Source: a virus
Taxonomy: Duplodnaviria; Caudoviricetes
DNA: 30,031 nt
Direction: 5' to 3' (one strand)
IMG/VR virus record: IMGVR_UViG_3300011337_000299
Coordinates: 1 to 30,031 of that record
In this document: one piece after another, positions 24,923-30,031 of the stretch
How the letters are laid out: each line of letters begins with the position of its first letter
Numbering within the stretch: the first letter of the stretch is position 1
Made by a program: the position numbers and the translations under genes
Notes under the pieces: model-generated
What the model was told of the DNA's origin: nothing
The model's input: the letters and a program-made list of their open reading frames with translations, nothing else
Database searches by the model: none

Positions 24923-25071
24923 TCAAGATCGAATTCACACCGCAGCAGTTCAACCAACTCTATGAGCTGCTCGTCATTGGAATGAAGGCCGGCAACGTGA
25001 CCAACATGAAGGTCGGCATTCCTCTGGTGGACCTTCTCGAAGCAGCAGCAGCCCAACACAAGCCCGAATAA
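24919..25071 (+). CDS. Small hypothetical protein (50 aa; MIKIEFTPQQFNQLYELL...), not in ORF track
   Basis: Hand translation; ATGA-coupled. Confidence 0.6.
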   Translation: MIKIEFTPQQFNQLYELLVIGMKAGNVTNMKVGIPLVDLLEAAAAQHKPE

Positions 25072-25251
25072 ATGGACACATCCAATCACGGCGGTGACAC
25101 AAATCAGATGATCGCTTCCATGGGAGGAGCAGCAGCGGCAACCGCTGTTTCGTTCATCCCCTGGCTGACCGATGTCGTTAGACTCATCACCGCCGTGATT
25201 GGCTTACTGTGCGCCATCTACGGTGCGTATCGCTTATTCCGATCCAAATGA
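25072..25251 (+). CDS. Small membrane protein, holin/antiholin-like (59 aa), not in ORF track
   Basis: Hydrophobic VVRLITAVIGLLCAIYGAY then basic RLFRSK. Confidence 0.55.
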   Translation: MDTSNHGGDTNQMIASMGGAAAATAVSFIPWLTDVVRLITAVIGLLCAIYGAYRLFRSK

Positions 25252-25430
25252 AAAACACCAAGACCACACTGGCCGGTATCGGCGCCATCCTCGTTGCAAT
25301 CGGTGGCACTCTCAAAGCCCTCTTTGATAACGACCCGTCCACCACGGTGGATCTGACCACGACCATCGCCGCGGTGACCGCCGGCATCGGCCTGATCTGG
25401 GCCAAGGACGCCGAGAAGAAGCCCGAGTGA
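25248..25430 (+). CDS. Putative holin (2 TM, 60 aa)
   Basis: MKNTKTTLAGIGAILVAIG...IAAVTAGIGLIWAKD, charged tail. Confidence 0.65.
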   Translation: MKNTKTTLAGIGAILVAIGGTLKALFDNDPSTTVDLTTTIAAVTAGIGLIWAKDAEKKPE

Positions 25431-25600
25431 ATTGGATCTACCAGATCCTGAAGGCTCTTCTGGATTGGGTCAGGGAAACACCACCTACCGATGTTCAACA
25501 CGGCAAAGCACCCGAGGCTCTCAAGAACGATCTGGCTGATCGCATTGCTAGACTGCCTCGGCTGCCAGATGACCAAGGTGGTCCTGGTCCCTTCCGGTGA
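25427..25600 (+). CDS. Putative i-spanin (Rz-like, 57 aa), not in ORF track
   Basis: GTGA-coupled; amphipathic N-terminus MNWIYQILKALLDWV; overlapped by a lipoprotein ORF in the +1 frame. Confidence 0.45.
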   Translation: MNWIYQILKALLDWVRETPPTDVQHGKAPEALKNDLADRIARLPRLPDDQGGPGPFR

Positions 25601-25721
25601 TCCGGTGATGCTGGCCAAGCCTACCAAGGCCAGCGTCTACGCTTTCGATGCTAACAAGAAGCTGGTGGGGCCGTCCAAGGTGACGCTTCCTGCCGGCTGG
25701 TACGTCCTGCCAAAGAACTGA
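25491..25721 (+). CDS. Putative o-spanin lipoprotein (Rz1-like)
   Basis: Basic n-region, hydrophobic stretch, CLGC lipobox-like site, Pro-rich mature part. Confidence 0.55.
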   Translation: MFNTAKHPRLSRTIWLIALLDCLGCQMTKVVLVPSGDPVMLAKPTKASVYAFDANKKLVGPSKVTLPAGWYVLPKN

Positions 25722-25722
25722 T

Positions 25723-26229
25723 ATGCCGCAGCAAATCATCAACATCGGAGCAATCGCCAACGACAACACCGGGGACACCCTCCGCGGCGCCGGGCAGAAG
25801 ATAAACGACAACTTCACCGAGCTGTACACCGACATTTCGGCGCTCAACTCGGCGACTGCCTATGTGCCCACCCTGACCGATTCAGGTGGCGGCCGTACCT
25901 TTACGACGACGGTCAACACCGCCCGGTATACCGAGATCGGAAATCTCCGTTGGTTCACGGTCGACCTGACCGTCACCGCGGCATCTGGCACTGCCTCGGG
26001 TGAGCTTAGAGTCAGCCTGCCAGCTACCTCGACCTATTCCGGGTCGGTAGAGTTCTGGGCCGACAACCTGGCTTCAGCGGCCAAGACCGACATCCAGGCG
26101 TATATCCCGACTGGAGCCAATTACGCACAGCTAAGCCACTACGAAAACGGTGATGCCCTGCAACTGACGCCGCACGTCAGTTCAACCTCTCGTCTGATCG
26201 TCACTGGAATCTTCTTTACCGCACCGTGA
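25723..26229 (+). CDS. Virion appendage protein with T4 gp9/gp10-like N-terminal motif (168 aa)
   Basis: INIGAIANDNTGDTLRGAGQKINDNFTELY then a beta-sandwich-like domain (ARYTEIGN..WF...SLP). Confidence 0.65.
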   Translation: MPQQIINIGAIANDNTGDTLRGAGQKINDNFTELYTDISALNSATAYVPTLTDSGGGRTFTTTVNTARYTEIGNLRWFTVDLTVTAASGTASGELRVSLPATSTYSGSVEFWADNLASAAKTDIQAYIPTGANYAQLSHYENGDALQLTPHVSSTSRLIVTGIFFTAP

Positions 26230-26681
26230 CCATCATCGGCTCCAGTCTCCAGCAGGGCATGACGGTGCTCCAGCAGATGCTGGGGGCGCCGATGTTCATC
26301 TGGGAGGGCAGATCGATCCGGTGCATCCCGGCCATGGTCACTGATGCCAACACCCCGGTGCCAGGTGGATTCCAGGACAACGTGGCCTCGAGGATCCTGG
26401 TCAAGTTCTCCGACTGGAAGACCTGGGACAGCACCCTGGTCTCGATGGACACCACGCTCTACACCCTCGACCAAGGCACCGAGTTTTCCCGACTGCTCAA
26501 GGAGGATGGCTACTATCTGCTGCAGGAGAATACCGACCGCATCGCCCTGACCTTTTGCAAACCCAGGCCGGTGGTCGGTCGCACCCTGGTCTACCAGGGA
26601 CGCACCCTGCGGATCCTGTCCTGCCGGGTCGATGCCTCCGGCGCCTACTACAGCCTCGAACTAGGAGCGAAAACCCGGTGA
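26226..26681 (+). CDS. Putative head-closure/neck protein
   Basis: Synteny; C-terminal PVVGRTLVYQGRTLRI...YSLEL typical of head-closure beta folds. Confidence 0.5.
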   Translation: MTIIGSSLQQGMTVLQQMLGAPMFIWEGRSIRCIPAMVTDANTPVPGGFQDNVASRILVKFSDWKTWDSTLVSMDTTLYTLDQGTEFSRLLKEDGYYLLQENTDRIALTFCKPRPVVGRTLVYQGRTLRILSCRVDASGAYYSLELGAKTR

Positions 26682-27475
26682 GGCCTGTCGTTAACATGAC
26701 GGTCGACTCCAGTCGGTTTGATGCTGCCATGAAGCAGTATCTGACCCAGACGAGTCGAGACCTTCACAAGGCAGTTAACTCCCGGTTCTTCTACCTGATG
26801 GTGCGGCTGTTCGTTCTGGTGCCGCCTAAGAGCCCTGGGCAGGAACGGCGCCGGATATCCGACTACCTCGGCACGCCGCTGGGAAATATCAATCGGAAGT
26901 CTAAGAAGACCGGCAAGCGCATCGGCAAGTCCCGACTGCTTCGACGGGTGCACCTGATCGCCCAGTCGAAGGAAGCCAAGGCCGGCCGCCGCGGCCTGTA
27001 CGGCGAGGAGATGAAAGCAGCAGCCTCGGCCCTGATGCGTAAAGCTATCGGCTCAGTCGGTTATCTACGCTCTGGTGTGGTGAAGATCATCCGGATCTAC
27101 AACAAAGGCTTCACCCAGTTTCAAAGTCCTAAGTGGAAACCTCTTTCGAAGCCTGCAGGCTACAAGGCACCTAAGAAGACCAATGCCGCCTTGGTCTCAT
27201 TGGCCAACCAATATGGCCTACCAGAGGAGAACGTAGCAGTGCACAAGGGCACCAAGGCCCGGGGCATCCAGGCCACACCAGGATTTAACCCAACGGCCTC
27301 GGTGGTGATGACTGCCGGTGTAGCTGACAACCAGTATAACCGGGTGGCCATGATCTACAACCAGGCCATGCAGAAGGCCATGGACGACGAGCTGGCCGAG
27401 CTGACCAACCACATGACCGAGGCCATGCTTGCCAATGGCAAGGTGCTCGAGGACAACGGAATCGAAATCAAATGA
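26678..27475 (+). CDS. Putative basic neck/tail-completion protein
   Basis: GTG start 26678 overlapping the previous stop; very K/R-rich; synteny. Confidence 0.5.
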   Translation: MRPVVNMTVDSSRFDAAMKQYLTQTSRDLHKAVNSRFFYLMVRLFVLVPPKSPGQERRRISDYLGTPLGNINRKSKKTGKRIGKSRLLRRVHLIAQSKEAKAGRRGLYGEEMKAAASALMRKAIGSVGYLRSGVVKIIRIYNKGFTQFQSPKWKPLSKPAGYKAPKKTNAALVSLANQYGLPEENVAVHKGTKARGIQATPGFNPTASVVMTAGVADNQYNRVAMIYNQAMQKAMDDELAELTNHMTEAMLANGKVLEDNGIEIK

Positions 27476-27954
27476 ACGCTGTTGCCCTAAGAGCAGAACT
27501 CGCAGTCGCCGACTACCTGGCATCCGCCGATTGGTCGGCCTCCGGCGCCGGCACGCCAACTTGTCTGACATCCTACAGCCGCGGCCTCTACGACGACCCT
27601 GACGAGCAGGACGTCATGCCCAACTTCCCGCGCCTAGTGGTCTCGACCAACTCGGCCAGGCCTGTACAGCGCACCGATCTAACCTGCGAACTGGAGATCG
27701 CCATCGAACTGCAACTCTCGGCAGACGATACCGACGAGGCCGATGTCCTGACCACCGTCCAGGTGCTCGACAATCGGATCCTGCCGCTCTTTGACGAGTC
27801 CGGGGCCTCTGTCCTGGATGCGCCATCAAACGACGCCAGCGGCCCGTTTACGGCCCAATTTGCAGCCCCTCTGGACTTTGGGGCTGCCTCAATCTCTAAT
27901 CGGTCCAGGACGTTCACCCGGACCTTCACCCTTTACTGCAGCGCAACCATCTAA
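27472..27954 (+). CDS. Putative tail terminator protein
   Basis: Acidic 160 aa directly before the major tail gene. Confidence 0.5.
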   Translation: MNAVALRAELAVADYLASADWSASGAGTPTCLTSYSRGLYDDPDEQDVMPNFPRLVVSTNSARPVQRTDLTCELEIAIELQLSADDTDEADVLTTVQVLDNRILPLFDESGASVLDAPSNDASGPFTAQFAAPLDFGAASISNRSRTFTRTFTLYCSATI

Positions 27955-27966
27955 CCCCAGACACCT

Positions 27967-28458
27967 ATGGCTAACGTACACGGAAACAAATATATCTTCG
28001 GATCACCGGCGACCTTGGCAATGTACGATGCCGCCGGATCCTTGATCGTCACCGGCTATATTTCACCGGAACTCGAAAGTTACGACATCACCGGAGAATG
28101 CGATACCGAAGAGGTCCGCAACAGCTCCGGCGAGGTGGTCGGCCACATCACCTACAACAACCGGCTGACCCTGACCGTCAATTTCGTTCCTGTGGGAACC
28201 AATGCTACCGCGGCAACAGCCCTGAACGAGCGCCTCTATGGCTGCTCTTTGCCCCAAGGCAACGGCACCGTGGCGATCACTGGAGCCCCGGTTATCAATG
28301 TGGCCGGCTATGCCGACGCCATCAACACCGGCAGCGGTGGCCGTTGGATCTATGCTGGAGGTGGTTCGATCAAGACCACCCAGACCGGCAAAGCTACCGG
28401 CACGATCACTCTGAAGCGATTCCCGGCGATCAGCGCTGCCGCGGCCACCAATTTGTGA
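27967..28458 (+). CDS. Putative major tail (tube) protein
   Basis: AC-rich leader, T/G/A-rich beta protein, two genes upstream of tape measure. Confidence 0.65.
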   Translation: MANVHGNKYIFGSPATLAMYDAAGSLIVTGYISPELESYDITGECDTEEVRNSSGEVVGHITYNNRLTLTVNFVPVGTNATAATALNERLYGCSLPQGNGTVAITGAPVINVAGYADAINTGSGGRWIYAGGGSIKTTQTGKATGTITLKRFPAISAAAATNL

Positions 28459-29021
28459 CCGCCCTGGCCGACATCCTGAACGCTACCTCAAAGCCTTGTC
28501 CCATTGTGATGGGGCTTCGCCTGGTGCCTTTTAGTGTCGGCCATGCCCTGCTGCTGCATCGGATGGGTTCACCATTCGTATATGGTGGCAACGCCTCTGC
28601 CCAGGATCTTGTCGAGATGGCTGTTGTCTGCAGCCAGCCTATCTATGAGTCGGTCAAAACCATGCGCTCTTGGTTGCGGTGGTTGCCGCTGCGGATCATG
28701 CGCCAGAAGGTGAAGCAGGCCGATCTCCTAAAGGAATCCAAAGCCGTGCAGAAATGGATTGAAGATCAATCAGACTGCCCCGAGGTGTTACGGTCTCCTG
28801 GATCCGGGCAGCGTGCGGCAACCATGCCTTGGCCGGAACGGATCCTAGTCGGCCTGGTCAACATAGGTTTCGACGAGACAACGGTGATCAATATGCCGGT
28901 GATTGATGCGGAAAGGCTGTTCCTCACCCATGCCGAGATGAACGGCCAGGTCGAGCTCTGGAGCAATGAGCAGGATGCCCTCTGGCGCTATGCTCAAGAA
29001 CAAAGCACAATCAGGAACTGA
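28455..29021 (+). CDS. Putative tail assembly chaperone (188 aa)
   Basis: GTGA-coupled start; between tail tube and tape measure genes. Confidence 0.6.
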   Translation: MTALADILNATSKPCPIVMGLRLVPFSVGHALLLHRMGSPFVYGGNASAQDLVEMAVVCSQPIYESVKTMRSWLRWLPLRIMRQKVKQADLLKESKAVQKWIEDQSDCPEVLRSPGSGQRAATMPWPERILVGLVNIGFDETTVINMPVIDAERLFLTHAEMNGQVELWSNEQDALWRYAQEQSTIRN

Positions 29022-30031
29022 AATGGCCATCTTCTCACTCATTGCAAAGCTGGGCCTGGATGGCAGCTCATTCGAGGGCGGCCTCAAACGAGCCACCAGC
29101 CTGACCGACAAATTCCGGTCGAGTGTCGGTGCTCAACTCGGTGGTGCACTATCGGTGGCTGCAATCGGGGCCTTTGCGTCCAAGGTGATTGAGACCGCCG
29201 ACGCCATCGGAGACCTCTCGGAGCAGCTCAACATCAGCACCGACGACGTGCAGCGCCTGCAGGTGCTGGCAGGCCAGACAGGTGTTTCCTTCGAGGCCAT
29301 GGCCAAGTCGATCACCGCAGTCGGCCAGGAGCGCCTGAAGGCTATCGAGGAGGGCGGCAAAGCCCGGGAATACTTCCAGGCACTAGGTCTATCTGTTGCC
29401 GAGCTTAACGAAAAAAGCCTGTCCAACATCGAGCTGATAGAGCGGATGGGTCAAGCGCACCAAGACTCAGGAAAGAGCGCTCAGACACAAGCTGCGATGA
29501 TCGCCATCCTGGGTGAGAAGGCATTTAAGGCTGCCGGTGCCATATCCAAGATAAAGGATCTTGGGCCGATCAATCTCATCACAAAAGAGCAGATTGATGC
29601 TGTCGGAAAGATGGCCGACCGCATTGATGAAATGAAGAGGCAGCTTCTTGTCTCAGCTATTCCAACGGTCGGTTTTTGGGCCGACGCAACCGAGAGGGCT
29701 GCAAAGGACACCGAGGATCTGAAAGACGGCATGGAAGGCATTTTTCAGATGCTGATGGGCAAAGGATCTATTGTTAAGGCAGGCATCCAAGAAGCATTTG
29801 CCCCATCAACAGAGGCCAATCGTCGCTTTGAAGCCTTACCATTGGAACGTGGTGCGGTCGGTGTCATCAACTCTCGAGCCAAACGGGAGACCGCAATGTT
29901 CACAGAGCCAGCTGCCCCGGGCTGGGTCAACACCATGGTCGGTCAGATCAAGATGCAGACAAACGAGACCAGGGCGATTCGGGTAAACACGGGCAGAACA
30001 GCTCAGGCTGTCGAATAACATGGCAACGATC
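28780..30031. repeat. Terminal direct repeat, copy B
   Basis: Starts CCGAGGTGTTACGG and ends ATGGCAACGATC exactly as 1..1252. Confidence 0.97.
29023..30018 (+). CDS. Tail tape measure protein, copy B
   Basis: Same as 244..1239 with 6 amino-acid differences. Confidence 0.8.
   Translation: MAIFSLIAKLGLDGSSFEGGLKRATSLTDKFRSSVGAQLGGALSVAAIGAFASKVIETADAIGDLSEQLNISTDDVQRLQVLAGQTGVSFEAMAKSITAVGQERLKAIEEGGKAREYFQALGLSVAELNEKSLSNIELIERMGQAHQDSGKSAQTQAAMIAILGEKAFKAAGAISKIKDLGPINLITKEQIDAVGKMADRIDEMKRQLLVSAIPTVGFWADATERAAKDTEDLKDGMEGIFQMLMGKGSIVKAGIQEAFAPSTEANRRFEALPLERGAVGVINSRAKRETAMFTEPAAPGWVNTMVGQIKMQTNETRAIRVNTGRTAQAVE

Larger units (their letters stand above)
1..28779 (+). mobile_element. Complete unit-length tailed bacteriophage genome (lambda-like packaging/head module, siphovirus-type tail), circularly permuted
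   Basis: Terminase, portal, protease-capsid, tail, lysis and replication genes all present; sequence wraps with offset 28779 (ORF 187..1239 recurs at 28966..30018). Confidence 0.95.

Noticed and set aside
28098-28458. Programmed -1 frameshift fusing the tail tube to the chaperone (the -1 frame is open across the overlap)
   Set aside because: No slippery heptamer seen; a clean GTGA-coupled start exists at 28455; open alternative frames are common at this GC content

Overview
The window is essentially one complete tailed dsDNA phage genome (Caudoviricetes, lambda-like GpA terminase/portal, siphovirus-type tail) with a unit length of about 28,779 bp. Bases 1-1252 recur at 28780-30031 but at only about 95% identity, with almost all differences synonymous. 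Every credible gene is on the + strand and most are coupled by ATGA/GTGA overlaps. Gene order: tail tape measure and tail tip genes; metallophosphoesterase (split by an in-frame TAG) plus HTH-like partner; promoter region; destabilase/i-type lysozyme-like gene; RHH-RuvC-RHH; a mosaic array of small coiled-coil genes sharing exact DNA repeats; SSB-like protein; sigma4/alpha-CTD-like fusion; 3'-5' exonuclease; structured leader RNA; DUF1376-type initiator containing an iteron origin; DnaB; terS, MTase, terL; portal; ClpP-capsid fusion; fibre/decoration genes; holin/spanin cassette; neck and tail genes. I see no integrase, CI-type repressor, tRNA or CRISPR. The best leads are the repeat-bounded cassette array (8253-9848), the c4/CI-like leader RNA ahead of the replication genes, the sigma4-alphaCTD fusion and a repeated hairpin leader motif. 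All family assignments come from motif recognition by eye, not from database searches.
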